Notes under the pieces: generated by a model
Database searches by the model: none
What the model saw: the letters and a program-made list of their open reading frames with translations, nothing else
What the model was told of the DNA's origin: nothing
Program-made: the position numbers and the translations under genes
NCBI GenBank assembly: GCA_965223545.1
Contig: OZ245006.1
Coordinates: 5,120,001-5,184,000, forward strand
Reading direction: 5' to 3'
DNA: 64,000 nucleotides
From: Planctomycetota bacterium
Lineage (GTDB): Bacteria; Planctomycetota; UBA1135; UBA2386
Shown here: positions 20,570 through 31,292 of the stretch, in pieces
How positions within the stretch are numbered: the first letter of the stretch is position 1
How the letters are laid out: each line of letters begins with the position of its first letter

Positions 20570-22201
20570 ATGGACCTGCACTCAACCCTCACCTTTCCGA
20601 TCATCGTGCTCGCTTCCATATGCACTGCTGCTCAGCATCCGGATGTCGAGCAACCGGCAGAGATGTTCAGTCGTGCCGTCGATCACTATAACTCTGCTCG
20701 CTTCGAGCAGGCGAGAATCGGCCTCGCCAAGTTGATCGAGCGGCACCCGCGCCATTTTCGGGGCTACGCGCTCTACTGGGACTCAGTTGGAAAAACCCGG
20801 AGCGCCACCGAGCAATTGCAAATTGTGCGCGATCAGATGAAGCTGCTGCGCGGAGTTCCCGTCGAAGCCCGTGATGAACAGTTCTACTATACGATACTCG
20901 CCGGCGAAAAGCGGCTCGGAAGGGAAGAGGAAGCAGAGTCTTGGCGACTCGAAGCAATTGAGCGCATCCCGCGCGGGCTAATGGCTCAGCAAGCCAAGCT
21001 CAAAGAGGCGAGAGAAGAAGCTGATGTGTCGAAGGCCTGCGGGCTCTTTGCTCAGTACATGCGAGATTTTCCGGAGAATGTAAGCTGGTGTCAGTCGGCG
21101 GCCTACTATATCTTCGAGCGCATGTTCAAGAACCCTACGCGGTTCGAGAAAGAAGATGTCGTTGCCGCGGGGCGGATTCTCGACGAACTCACGGGGAAGG
21201 AAGTTGAGCTGATCGGCAACCCGAGGCGATTGTTGCTGTTGCGACATGTCATAGCCCGTGAACTGCTGCCGTTTGACGCCGCGCAATCTGCGGAGTTTGC
21301 TGACCGAGGCATTGAGTTCGTTGCCGCCACGGAGCGAGCGACCGACGAGTTCGAGGCGTCCGCCGCGCGCATCTATCACGAAGTGGCCCTTCTGGCGCGC
21401 GTGGAGCTGAGTCAGTGGGATCAGGCAGCCAACCACGCAGAGGAGATTTTCGGTGGAACAAAGCTCGTGGAGGCGATTGAGCCGCTGGCGGGCGCGTCAC
21501 TCTTTCCAGCCCACAGTGCTTACGGCGAAGCAGAACTTCGGTGGGCGCATGCTCGAGTGTTGGCGGAGCGCGGGCACGTCGAGGCGGCCTTGGAGCAGGC
21601 AGGATATGCGGCCTATTTGGCCCCGGAGCTCGAGACCGAATTGGAAGCCATGTTGGAAAACGAAGCCATGCTAGCGAATCCCGCAGTGGAGCGTCGGAGC
21701 TGGTTGGAATCACGGGTCGCCGCCTTTGCTGAGGGACGAGTGGGCCTGCGTCGGAAGCGCTTGCTCGAGCAAGAGGTTGTACAACGGGCGCCGGCCTTTG
21801 GATTGCTGGACCTGGACGGAAAGGAGGTCTCCCTCTCGGACTTTTCGGGGCAAGTCGTGCTCTTGTCGTTCTGGGCGACCTGGTGCGGTCCCTGCCTTGC
21901 CGAGCTCGATCAGCTCCACAAGGAATACGAGCGATTGAGTCAGCAATCGGTGGCGGTAATCGCCGTCAGCGTCGACACGCAGAAGGACAAGGTACCGACC
22001 TTGGTGGCGGAAAAGAGCTACCCGTTTACGATCGCGTACGCGGATGGGTCGATCGAGAGGTTATATGGGATCAGTTCGGTCCCGTGGCTGTTCGTGATCG
22101 ACGCCAGTGGCAACATCCGTTTCCGCCGGAGGGGGTTCCGCCCGGGGCACTTCCAGGAGAAGCTCTGGTGGATGGTCGAGGCCGCAGGAATTGTACGCTG
22201 A
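20570..22201 (+). CDS. Exported TPR-like plus TlpA/redoxin disulfide reductase
   Basis: Signal peptide, helical region, APAFGLLDLDG..VSLSDF.G.VVLLSFWATWCGPC, YGISSVP. Confidence 0.85.
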   Translation: MDLHSTLTFPIIVLASICTAAQHPDVEQPAEMFSRAVDHYNSARFEQARIGLAKLIERHPRHFRGYALYWDSVGKTRSATEQLQIVRDQMKLLRGVPVEARDEQFYYTILAGEKRLGREEEAESWRLEAIERIPRGLMAQQAKLKEAREEADVSKACGLFAQYMRDFPENVSWCQSAAYYIFERMFKNPTRFEKEDVVAAGRILDELTGKEVELIGNPRRLLLLRHVIARELLPFDAAQSAEFADRGIEFVAATERATDEFEASAARIYHEVALLARVELSQWDQAANHAEEIFGGTKLVEAIEPLAGASLFPAHSAYGEAELRWAHARVLAERGHVEAALEQAGYAAYLAPELETELEAMLENEAMLANPAVERRSWLESRVAAFAEGRVGLRRKRLLEQEVVQRAPAFGLLDLDGKEVSLSDFSGQVVLLSFWATWCGPCLAELDQLHKEYERLSQQSVAVIAVSVDTQKDKVPTLVAEKSYPFTIAYADGSIERLYGISSVPWLFVIDASGNIRFRRRGFRPGHFQEKLWWMVEAAGIVR

Positions 22202-22206
22202 CCACT

Positions 22207-22246
22207 GCCCGGCGCACGGAACATTGCCGTGCACTGGTGCCCGGGC
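22207..22246. terminator. Hairpin between convergent genes
   Basis: GCCCGGCGCAC...GTGCCCGGGC imperfect inverted repeat between stops at 22201 and 22249. Confidence 0.35.
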
Positions 22247-22248
22247 GC

Positions 22249-23346
22249 CTACAGCCGCTGCGCCCGCCGCCAAACCTGTAGCAAACGCGCCCCCGCATCG
22301 TCCCAACGAAACGCGCGCGCCCGCAGCCGTCGCTTGCGCGCCTGTGCCTCGGTCGGCTCGGTCTGCCAGGCGTCGAGCAACGCTGCGCACCACGCCTCGG
22401 GTTGATCGGCGGGCAGGACGCGCGCCGCGCCGCCGACGATCTCGGGCAGCGCCCCCTGGTCGCTCACCATCAGCGGCTGCCCCATGGCCAGCGCCTCGAG
22501 CGCGGGCAGGCCGAAGCCCTCGTACAGCGAAGGGAAGAGGATCGCCGTCGCGCCGCCGTACAGGTCGATCAGCGCGCGCTCGTCGACCGAGTCGTCGAGC
22601 AGCACGCGGCCGCGCAGGCCGAGCTGCGCGATGCGGCGGCGCAGCGCGCGGGCGTGGCCGTGGTCGCGGCCGACCAGGCGCAGGGCGGGCGGCGTCGGCT
22701 GGCCGGGAGCGCGCTCCAGAAACAGCGCGTAGGCTTCGAGCAGCATCGCCAGGTTCTTGCGCGGTTCGATGTGACCGACGTGCAGGAAGTACGGCTGCGC
22801 CGGTTCGGCGATGACGTGGCGAAAGAACGCCTCCTCGACGCCGCCGGGGACGATGGTGATCGGAGGTGCCGTCTCGGACAGCGCCGCGCGCAGCGCCCGC
22901 GCGGTGAACGCGCTCGGCGTCACCAGCTGGTCCACGCGGGCCGCGCTGCGCCGCAACGCCGCGCGCGCCAGCCGGCGTGGCCGGCGGCGAAACCTGGTGA
23001 GGTCGCGCAGATCGTGCACCGTGAGCACGACCGGGCACGACAGGCGGTGCGGCACTGGCAGGGTGCCCAGGTCGAGCACGGTCGCGCCGATGTCGGCGAG
23101 GATCCCGGGCAGGGCGCGGCGCTCGGCCAGCACGCGCCGCCAGGTCGGAGCGGCGGGGATCGGTACCCGGCGGACCTCGACTCCGGGCGCCGGGTGCAGC
23201 TCCGGGGCATCGGGCGCGCAGAGGATCGTCATCCGCTCCCCTTCGAGCAGGTGGCTCGCCACTGCCCGCAGCAGCGACAGCTGGCGCCGGTTGGCGCCCG
23301 AGGGCTCCGGACCGAGCTGCCACGCCGCGACCGCGACGTGCAGCAT
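22249..23346 (-). CDS. Glycosyltransferase family 4
   Basis: VLTVHDL, VGHIEPRKN, PSLYEGFGLPALEA. Confidence 0.92.
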   Translation of the reverse strand: MLHVAVAAWQLGPEPSGANRRQLSLLRAVASHLLEGERMTILCAPDAPELHPAPGVEVRRVPIPAAPTWRRVLAERRALPGILADIGATVLDLGTLPVPHRLSCPVVLTVHDLRDLTRFRRRPRRLARAALRRSAARVDQLVTPSAFTARALRAALSETAPPITIVPGGVEEAFFRHVIAEPAQPYFLHVGHIEPRKNLAMLLEAYALFLERAPGQPTPPALRLVGRDHGHARALRRRIAQLGLRGRVLLDDSVDERALIDLYGGATAILFPSLYEGFGLPALEALAMGQPLMVSDQGALPEIVGGAARVLPADQPEAWCAALLDAWQTEPTEAQARKRRLRARAFRWDDAGARLLQVWRRAQRL

Positions 23347-23518
23347 CGGTACGTAGGCGGGGACCGAGAGATCGGTGTCGTGTTCTACCACCGCGCTCTC
23401 CGAGGGGTCTCCTCCCGCACCGGTCGGCGGGTGCGCTCCGGAGCTGTGAGCATCGAATCGGAAGGCGGGGCAGCGTAGCAGGAAGCCGCGCGGCCGCCCC
23501 CTCCCGGTTTGCCCAACC

Positions 23519-25849
23519 CTACTCGGGAGTGATGCGAAACGCCGCCACGCCGTGGCGGGGGACCTCGAGAGTACAGACGTGGTGGGGCGCCTTGTGCGCC
23601 GAGCTCCAGAGCTCGACTCGATACTCGCCCGGCGCGATGTCATTGCCGGCGAAAGCGCCGGAGCCGGCTTCGACCGGCAGCGTGTGCATGCGGCGCGCTT
23701 CGTCGGCGACGGTCGAGGTCATCACCACCCAGAAGCGCTGCTCTTTCTCGAGCAGGGTGGGGTCGACGGTGCCGCGCACGGACACGGGGTCCGGCGGCGC
23801 CGGTGCGTTGGTCGGCGGTGCTGCCTCCGCAGCCGACAGCAGCCAACTCAGCTGCGCTTGCAGGCGTTCGAGGTCGAAGTTGGTTGCCGGCGCGGCGCCG
23901 ACCTTCGGGTTCCAGATCAGCGTGGCGTCGGGAGTGAGCTCGCGCAGCTCGACGGCGGCGGTGTTGCCGGTCCGCGCGTCGAACGCGGCCAACAGTGTTG
24001 GACCCGCTCCCACGCCGGTGAGCGCGAAGCTGCCGTCATGCGCGGTGCGCGCGAGACGCCAGCCGATGGCGGCATCGAGCCGGCGGTCCACGGCGGCCAC
24101 GATCAGCGCACGAGGGGCGGCGCCATCCGCGGCCATCGCCTGTCCGCGCACCGTCGCGCCCGGCAGCAGAGCGAGGTCGACTTCCGCCGGCGGCACCTCG
24201 CCGACCGCGATCTCGAGCCGGGCTTGGTGGCCGCGACCGTCGCTCACGCAGAGCAGATACCGCGCCGGTGCCAGCGCGGCGAACTCGAACTTGCCGCTGG
24301 CGTCCGGCCGACAGAAGCGAGCCGGGAAGCGGCGCGCTTCTGGCGCCAACGGGTACGCCGCAACCAGCGCGGGGTGGCGCGCGTCGGTCCCGCTCAAAGC
24401 TCCTCGCAATCCCTGGCCGTTGGCGACGGTGAGCACCACCGGTTCGGCGGGTGGTTGCCGCAGGTCGATCCTGGCGAACGGCGACACGCCGCCGTCCACC
24501 GTCTCCGCCCACAGCCGAGTGCGGCGGCTCTGCGCCAGCGCGACCGCGAAGCTGCCGTCGGCGCCCGCCTCCGCGAGGGGCATCGGCGGATAGAGCGCGC
24601 GCCCCCCGCTCTCGGAACAATAGAGACGGGCGTACGGGGCGGTTTCGCCGTGCTGATCGACGACTCGCCCGCGCACGATCGCGTGGCGGCCGAGCTCGAT
24701 GCGCCAATCGGTATCCTCGCGCAGAGTGCGGGCAACCGACCCCTGGCTGTCGCTGAAGCGAACGCGCACGGTGCTGCCGGCGGGGACGCGGAAGCGCGCG
24801 TAGCCGCCGCCGTCCGTGACCGCGCGGTGCACACTGTGGAACGTAGTGCGCAGGGTCGGCAGTTCCGCCGATTCGGCGAGCGCCAGCCCGATGGCAACTC
24901 CTTCGACGCCACGGTGCGCGGCGTCGACTGCGCGCACGCGGACGTCGATCTCGGTGTTCTCGGGGGTGCTAGTGTCGGTGTTTTGGGGCGCCGCGTCGCC
25001 GATCGCGGCGCGGGCCAGTGGCGTTGCGGAACCGCCAGTGCCCGGGTTGTCCCCGGCCGCGCTGTCCGGCGCGCGCGCGGCCGGCGGTGCGCTGCTCGGC
25101 GCCGGCCACCACGCCCACGCTCCGGCACCGAGGATCACCGCGGCGACCGCAGCCGCGGTCCACCCCCACTGCCGCACACCGAGCGGGGTTGCCGCCGGCG
25201 GTTGCGCGCCCGCTGCGCCGGCCGCTCCGGATGCGTACTTTGCCACTGCCTGCGCCGCCAGTCGCTCGATGCCGAACATGCCCAGCGCCGCCGCGGTCAT
25301 GCCGGCGGGCATCGCGGTCCGCAGCTGTTCGATACCCCGCGCGATCTGCGTGCGCACCGTGCTGGGTGTGCGCTGTAGGCGCGAGGCGATGGCATTGGCG
25401 GGCACTTGCTCGACGTAGTAGAGGTGCACGACTTCGCGGTACGTGGAGGGCAGCGCTCCGACGCTCCGCATCACCGTCTCGCGCGCCTCTTGCAGCGCCG
25501 CGTTCTCGCCCGGGTCTTCGCCATCGACGACCTCACCGCTCAGGTGGGTCGTGCCGCGCCGCCGCTGGGTGCGCCGCGACATCCGCACCTTGTTCTGCAT
25601 GATCCCGCGCAGCCACCCGACGAACGACTGGCCGGGGTCGAAGCGCGCCGCGGACAGGATGGCGGACAAGTAGGTCTCCTGGACCAGGTCCTCGATGTCG
25701 GCAGGGTTTGCCCGCGTCCGGCGCGCTTGCCGGACCATGTCGCCGCTCGTGCGGTCGAACAGCTCGGCAAACAGCTGTGGATCGCCGCTCTCTCGATACT
25801 CCACGAACAGGTCTTCGACCGAGTTTGCGGGGGGAAGGGGGGTGGGCAT
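23519..25849 (-). CDS. ECF sigma factor with TM helix and extracytoplasmic carboxypeptidase-regulatory-like repeats
   Basis: IEDLVQETYL...FDP...FVGWL; LP..YREVV.L.Y...IA..L....STVRTQIARG; TM AAAVAAVILGAGAWAWW. Confidence 0.85.
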   Translation of the reverse strand: MPTPLPPANSVEDLFVEYRESGDPQLFAELFDRTSGDMVRQARRTRANPADIEDLVQETYLSAILSAARFDPGQSFVGWLRGIMQNKVRMSRRTQRRRGTTHLSGEVVDGEDPGENAALQEARETVMRSVGALPSTYREVVHLYYVEQVPANAIASRLQRTPSTVRTQIARGIEQLRTAMPAGMTAAALGMFGIERLAAQAVAKYASGAAGAAGAQPPAATPLGVRQWGWTAAAVAAVILGAGAWAWWPAPSSAPPAARAPDSAAGDNPGTGGSATPLARAAIGDAAPQNTDTSTPENTEIDVRVRAVDAAHRGVEGVAIGLALAESAELPTLRTTFHSVHRAVTDGGGYARFRVPAGSTVRVRFSDSQGSVARTLREDTDWRIELGRHAIVRGRVVDQHGETAPYARLYCSESGGRALYPPMPLAEAGADGSFAVALAQSRRTRLWAETVDGGVSPFARIDLRQPPAEPVVLTVANGQGLRGALSGTDARHPALVAAYPLAPEARRFPARFCRPDASGKFEFAALAPARYLLCVSDGRGHQARLEIAVGEVPPAEVDLALLPGATVRGQAMAADGAAPRALIVAAVDRRLDAAIGWRLARTAHDGSFALTGVGAGPTLLAAFDARTGNTAAVELRELTPDATLIWNPKVGAAPATNFDLERLQAQLSWLLSAAEAAPPTNAPAPPDPVSVRGTVDPTLLEKEQRFWVVMTSTVADEARRMHTLPVEAGSGAFAGNDIAPGEYRVELWSSAHKAPHHVCTLEVPRHGVAAFRITPE

Positions 25850-26101
25850 CGGGGGAAACGCTTCCGCTTCACAGGAGGTGTGCGGCCAGCAGATGTTGCG
25901 GTGGGGCAGTCGTCAAGTCCCTGCAAAGGCGGCATTTGCGACGTCGAAAGAAGTTTCGCAAATCCTGGGACACCGGTCCTTGGCCGGCAAAGAACCGCCT
26001 GCGGGCTGGTTGTAGCGGCATCGGTTTGGCAGCGGCGGAGGGGCCAATCCGATCGGCAGGATCGCGGGACGCGGCGCCCCCTGCGGTCAACAGCACCACC
26101 G

Positions 26102-28207
26102 ATGCAACGCTACTCGACCAAACGGATTGGCGCGCGACGCCCGCCCTCGATCGCGCTCGCCTTGGGCTTGGCCACGTTGGCCGCGGCGCAGGATCCGCCG
26201 CCCCCGGTCGGCGGCTTCTCCGTCGCCGAAACGCTGTCGCTGCCACTCGGTTTTGCCGACGGCTACCGCACGTACGTCGACCTCCGCTATCCCGACCCCG
26301 CTGCCGTGGCGCCGCCGGCCACCGGCTGGCCGGCTCTTCTGCTGGTTCCGTCCTGGGGAGACAGCCGCCGCGGCCAGCGGTTGCCGGCGATCGAGTTCGC
26401 CGGGCGGGGCTACGTCACCATCTCGTACGATGTGCGCGGCCAGGGCGATACCCCGGGTCTCAATCCGACCGGCGGCGGCACCATCGTCGGTGGTCTGGAG
26501 AAGGGCGACATGGTCGAGGTGCTGCAATTCGCGGCGGCACGGCTGGGTCCGCTGTTGGACTTCGCGCGCCTGGCGGTGCGGGGAACGTCGCAGGGCGCGT
26601 CCCACAGCTGGGCGGCCGCGGCATGGAGTGGCAAGCCCCTGCTGGCCGCGCGCGGAGCGCACACGCACTTTCCGGTGATCACCGCGGTGTCGCCCGGAGC
26701 CTTCAACCCGGACATGGCGGAGACGATCGCGCCGGGTGGCGGCGCCGCCTTCTCCGGCCGGATGATCCTCAAATGGTTTCGGCCGGGGCCGCTGCTCGAG
26801 CCGGCGTTCCTCGCTGCCGGCCGCCAGGCGTTCCTCAATCAGGACTTCACCGCGTGGCGCGCGGCGATCTACACGCCTTGGCGCGATGACCCCGATCTGA
26901 TCGTGGACAGCACGGTGGCGGTGTACGCGCACAACGCGTGGTACGACTGGTGGGCGCCGGTCAACCCGATGGCGGCGGCGATCAACCGCATGCCAGCGGC
27001 GACACCGCGCCTGGTGCACGTGTCGACTGGCGAGCACGGCTCGCCGCTCAACGACCTCGAGCGCGCGACGCGGGAGGAGCAGGAGCGCCGCTGGTTCGAT
27101 CATTTGTTGAAAGGGCGCGCCGACGAGATCGCGCGGCTGCCGCGCTTCCAGCTCTCCATGCCACCCGCCGATCCCGCCGAATACCTGGCGATCGGTAGCG
27201 CTTGGCAGACGCGGCACTACGCGCAGTTCCCGGACACCGGCGCGACCGCGGCCAAAGTGTTCTACTTGGCGGCGGAAGAGAACCTCTCGAGCACCGCGCC
27301 CGCCGGGGCCGAGGCGACCGATCGAATCCGGCACCGCGTGCCCGCCGGCTACGGCCCGACGGCATGGCTGCAGACCAACAACGTCGCCAGCGCGGTCCTG
27401 GCGGATATCCCGCTCGACACGGTCGCGTATCGGTCTTCGGCCGTCACCGTCGAGACCGAGCTGGTCGGCGTGCCGACGCTCGACGTGCACATCGACTCGG
27501 CCGCCGCCAACCTGCAGCTGCACGCGGTGTTGTTCGACGAGTCTCCCAGCGGAGCACGGCGCTGGATCACGGACGGATTCGCGCTGTTGCGCGGCCGTAC
27601 CGGCGGTCCCCAGCAGCTGTCGATCGACTTCGCGGCGATGCAGTATCAGCTGCCGATCGGCCACCGTTGGTTGCTGGTCCTCGAGAACCACACCTATCGC
27701 CGGCCTCCGGGCCGCACCGACATGCACACGGTGCCGTACTTCGAGAGTTACGACATCGAGGTCGCGCACGACGCCGCGCGCCCTTCGCGCCTGGTATTGC
27801 CTCTGCGCGCCGCGGGTTTCTCCGGGCGGGCCGCCGTCGCGCGCCTGCCGATCTCGACGGGCGGCTCGATCGACATCGGTGTTCGCGGCGCGTCGTCGCG
27901 CGGTGGCTTGCTCTACGCTGCCCTGGTCAGCGCGTCGGGTACCGTTCCGGGCATTCCGCTGTTCGGCACGCAGGTGCCGATCAACTTCGACCCGCTGACG
28001 GCGGCGGGCCTGTCGGGGGGCGGCTTGGTGCGGGGCTTCGTCGGAGTGCTGGACGCCACCGGGCGCGGCGACGCGCAGCTGACTCTGCCGCCGGGCCTGG
28101 CGCCGCCGTCGGCAGTGGGCTCGGTGTTGTCGTTCGCCGCGATCGCGCTGAACAATGCATCGAGCATCACCGCCTCGGCGGCAAGCGACGTTCACCTCGT
28201 GTGGTGA
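26102..28207 (+). CDS. Exported CocE/NonD (S15 X-Pro dipeptidyl-peptidase-like) alpha/beta hydrolase with extra C-terminal domain
   Basis: YDVRGQG, GTSQG nucleophile, WFDHLLKG, PepX-like C-domain (LVGVPTL, ITDG). Confidence 0.78.
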   Translation: MQRYSTKRIGARRPPSIALALGLATLAAAQDPPPPVGGFSVAETLSLPLGFADGYRTYVDLRYPDPAAVAPPATGWPALLLVPSWGDSRRGQRLPAIEFAGRGYVTISYDVRGQGDTPGLNPTGGGTIVGGLEKGDMVEVLQFAAARLGPLLDFARLAVRGTSQGASHSWAAAAWSGKPLLAARGAHTHFPVITAVSPGAFNPDMAETIAPGGGAAFSGRMILKWFRPGPLLEPAFLAAGRQAFLNQDFTAWRAAIYTPWRDDPDLIVDSTVAVYAHNAWYDWWAPVNPMAAAINRMPAATPRLVHVSTGEHGSPLNDLERATREEQERRWFDHLLKGRADEIARLPRFQLSMPPADPAEYLAIGSAWQTRHYAQFPDTGATAAKVFYLAAEENLSSTAPAGAEATDRIRHRVPAGYGPTAWLQTNNVASAVLADIPLDTVAYRSSAVTVETELVGVPTLDVHIDSAAANLQLHAVLFDESPSGARRWITDGFALLRGRTGGPQQLSIDFAAMQYQLPIGHRWLLVLENHTYRRPPGRTDMHTVPYFESYDIEVAHDAARPSRLVLPLRAAGFSGRAAVARLPISTGGSIDIGVRGASSRGGLLYAALVSASGTVPGIPLFGTQVPINFDPLTAAGLSGGGLVRGFVGVLDATGRGDAQLTLPPGLAPPSAVGSVLSFAAIALNNASSITASAASDVHLVW

Positions 28208-28223
28208 GCGAATGCAGCGCGCG

Positions 28224-29372
28224 TCAACGCACGGCGAGAGTAGTCTGCGCGTGGCTGGCGATCGCCTGACCGACGAGCGCGTAGCCGCGGCTGCTGAGGT
28301 GGCCGTCGGCGACGTAGTGTGGCTCCGCTCGGTCCTCGTTCTCTACGCCCAACATCGCGTGCGTCGACAGCAACTCGATCCCAGAGCGTCGTGCCACCGC
28401 GGTGTGGCAGGCCTGCACCGCAGGTTTGGCGAACGCGCCGCCGGGGTACGTCAGCAGCACCGGGATCGCGCCGGCGTCACGGCACAACTCGATGATGCGG
28501 TCGAGGTGGCGACCGAGAGTCGCGGCCGCCCGGTCGCCGGGGCCCGCGCGTCGGTGGGCGAGCTCCTCGCGCAGAGCGTGGTGTAGGTCGCCGGCTGCTG
28601 CAGCGCGGCGCGGTGCCTCGCGCGCGGTGTCGGGCGCGCCGCGCTGTAGTGTCAGACTGGTCGGCCACGCCTGCACGCGCATGCGCAGCTGATCGTTGTC
28701 GATGCTCCACTCGATCGGTTGGCGCCAACCGCTGTCGCCGACCACGAACAGGTCGCCATCCTCGAGCACCCACTGCCCGTCGACGCCGTCGAGCCAGAGC
28801 CGGCCGTCCTCGCCGAACCACACGACCGTGTCGCCGGTGTGCCAGGCGCCGGCGAACGGCGGTGCCGCCCGGTCGCCGTCGCCGCGCCACCAGTCCGCCA
28901 CCAACCGGGCGAAGCGGCGAGTGCGCCAGCGCCAGGGAAAGCCGTCGTCGCCGCCGGCCGCGCGCGCCGCGGCGAGTTCGTCGGGCGTCACCTCCGCTGG
29001 GTGTTGCCACAAGTCGTTGGTGCCGACCCAGACGTAGACCAGCGCGGGCCGGTGGCGGTTCAGCTGGCGCGGTAGTCGCAGCAAGACGTCGCGTGAGGTC
29101 TGTCCCGCCCAGCCGCCGTTGATGAAGCCGATCGGCCTGCCGGCGGCGGCGCAGGCGCGTTCGGCGACGGCGGGCCACGCGTCCTCGGTGGTGCTGGCGC
29201 CCAGGCCGTAGGTGAACGAGTCGCCGACGCAAAGCGCAGTGGGCCCGTCGCCGCCATCGGCGGCAGGCCCGGCACCGAGCCAAACGAACAGGGCGATCGC
29301 CTGCAGCGCGGCCTCGAACGCCGCCAGCGCGCCAGCGACCCCGAGGGTGACGAGCATCGTGCGCCGGCGCAT
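28224..29372 (-). CDS. SGNH/GDSL hydrolase, membrane-anchored
   Basis: VGDSFTYG, NGGWAG, VGTND, DGHL. Confidence 0.85.
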   Translation of the reverse strand: MRRRTMLVTLGVAGALAAFEAALQAIALFVWLGAGPAADGGDGPTALCVGDSFTYGLGASTTEDAWPAVAERACAAAGRPIGFINGGWAGQTSRDVLLRLPRQLNRHRPALVYVWVGTNDLWQHPAEVTPDELAAARAAGGDDGFPWRWRTRRFARLVADWWRGDGDRAAPPFAGAWHTGDTVVWFGEDGRLWLDGVDGQWVLEDGDLFVVGDSGWRQPIEWSIDNDQLRMRVQAWPTSLTLQRGAPDTAREAPRRAAAAGDLHHALREELAHRRAGPGDRAAATLGRHLDRIIELCRDAGAIPVLLTYPGGAFAKPAVQACHTAVARRSGIELLSTHAMLGVENEDRAEPHYVADGHLSSRGYALVGQAIASHAQTTLAVR

Positions 29373-29480
29373 CACCGTCACTCTACGGCGGCGGTCCGCG
29401 GCCGCGACCGTTTCTCGACAACTGGGCGGCGGGGTCGACCTACCGTTGCAGCTCCGTGCTGGCGAGAGCTGGCGGTCATC

Positions 29481-31292
29481 GTGTCGTCGAACCAACCCCG
29501 AGGATTCCGTTGGACCGTGGTCGCACTGGTCTCCGGTGTGGCCCTGATCGCGGTCGTCGTCGTCGACGCGCAGCGGGCGCTCCGCGTCCACCGCGAGCGC
29601 GAGCTGTTGGCCGCGAGGGACGCCGCCGCTCGAGCGGCGCGCGCGCTCGCGGCGCAGTGGCACGATGCCGGCGCCTGGCGGACTTGGCCGCCGGCGGCGC
29701 GGTTCACCACGGCCGGCGACCGGCTCGCGATTCCGCCGGAGCTGCAGTGGGTCGAGCCCTCGCCCCGCGACGATTGGCGGCTGCGGCTCGATCCGGTGCT
29801 GGCGGCCAAGTTGAGCGAATGCGAGCGCGGGCGGCCGGGGGCAATCGCGGCGCTGCGCAAAGCGGCCGGGGAGCTGCCGCCGATGCTGCGGCTGTGGCTC
29901 GCCTGGGCGCTGCACCGCGGTGGCGACGCGCGCGGCCGTGATCAGCTGCTGGCGGGTGACCTGTCGCTGCCGACGGCGGAGGGGCGCGCATCCGCGCTCC
30001 TGCTCCGTGCTCTCGCCGGTTCGCCCCGTCCAGCCGGTCGCCCTCTGCGCACCACGCTCTGCCTGCTGCCGCGCTGGCACGCGCTCGCGATCCTCGATCG
30101 CATGCTCGCCGCCCGTGCGTTGACCGCCGGCGAGCGTTCCACTCTCGGTGCCGCCGTCGAGCACACCGCGACGCGGCGCGCACAGCTGGCCGAAGTCGAG
30201 ACCGCATTGCGCGCGGTCGCGCCGTTGACCGCGGCCATCACGGTGCGTGCGGTGCGCGGCAAGCTGCTATGGGTCGATCGCGAGCGTGGGCGCGGCGCGC
30301 TGGTCGACGCCGACACCGCGCTTGCCCTGGCGACCGAGATCGCGCGCGCCGAGAGTGGCCCCGCAGTCGATGTTCTCGCTCCGCAGGCTGCCGTCGACCG
30401 CAGCCCCGAGGGCACCGCGGTTGCCGTTCCCGGCTTGCTCACCATGGCGCCGGCCGCGACCGTCGCGACCGCTCGCTTCGACGGGCCAGTGGGGTGGGCG
30501 TTGTTGGTCGTCGCCCTGGCGTGTCTGTGCGGCTCGGCCACTCTGTTGGCGGCGCGCGCAGTACGGCGCGAGACCGAAGCGTCGCGGTTGCGAGCGGAGT
30601 TCGTGACGCTGGTAACACACGAGCTGAAGACTCCGCTGGCGGGGATCCGCTTGATCGCCGAGCTTCTCGTCGAGCAGCGCGTCGGCATCAGCGAGCGCTC
30701 GGTCTGGTTGCAGCGGTTGCGTGGCGAAGCCGGGCGCCTGGGGCTGTTGATCGAGAACGTGCTGGACTTGGGGCGCGGCGAGCGCGGCGAGCTGGCGTGC
30801 GACGTGCGGCGCCACGACCTGGTCGCCGTGGTGCGCGACGCGGTGGAGCTGCTGGAGTCGCTCGCCGCGCGGGATGGCTTGCGCCTCGAGCTCACCGCGC
30901 CGGAGGAGCCGATGTGGAGCGAGGTCGACCGCAACGCCATGCTGCAGGTCTTGCTCAACTTGTTGGACAACGCGCTGAAGTACGCCGCCGACGGCGGCCT
31001 CGTCACCCTCGATCTGTGGCCCTGCCGCGGCCGTGGCCATCTGATCCGCATCCGCGATCGAGGACCGGGCATCGCGCCGGGGGATCGGGAGCGAGTGTTC
31101 GAGCGCTTCGTCCGCGGTCCGGGCAGCGCGAGCGGGACACCGCCGGGGGTCGGTCTCGGCCTGCACCTGGCCCGCGCGATCGCCGCGCGGCACGGCGGGA
31201 CGTTGCGGTTGGTCGACACGTTCGACGGTGGTCCGGGCGCGTGCTTCGAGCTGTCGGTGCCGGCCGCGCCGCCGGCGGAGGCGATCGCGTGA
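29481..31292 (+). CDS. Sensor histidine kinase
   Basis: THELKTPL, NLLDNALKY, DRGPGI, FERF, GVGLGL; two TM segments. Confidence 0.93.
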   Translation: MSSNQPRGFRWTVVALVSGVALIAVVVVDAQRALRVHRERELLAARDAAARAARALAAQWHDAGAWRTWPPAARFTTAGDRLAIPPELQWVEPSPRDDWRLRLDPVLAAKLSECERGRPGAIAALRKAAGELPPMLRLWLAWALHRGGDARGRDQLLAGDLSLPTAEGRASALLLRALAGSPRPAGRPLRTTLCLLPRWHALAILDRMLAARALTAGERSTLGAAVEHTATRRAQLAEVETALRAVAPLTAAITVRAVRGKLLWVDRERGRGALVDADTALALATEIARAESGPAVDVLAPQAAVDRSPEGTAVAVPGLLTMAPAATVATARFDGPVGWALLVVALACLCGSATLLAARAVRRETEASRLRAEFVTLVTHELKTPLAGIRLIAELLVEQRVGISERSVWLQRLRGEAGRLGLLIENVLDLGRGERGELACDVRRHDLVAVVRDAVELLESLAARDGLRLELTAPEEPMWSEVDRNAMLQVLLNLLDNALKYAADGGLVTLDLWPCRGRGHLIRIRDRGPGIAPGDRERVFERFVRGPGSASGTPPGVGLGLHLARAIAARHGGTLRLVDTFDGGPGACFELSVPAAPPAEAIA

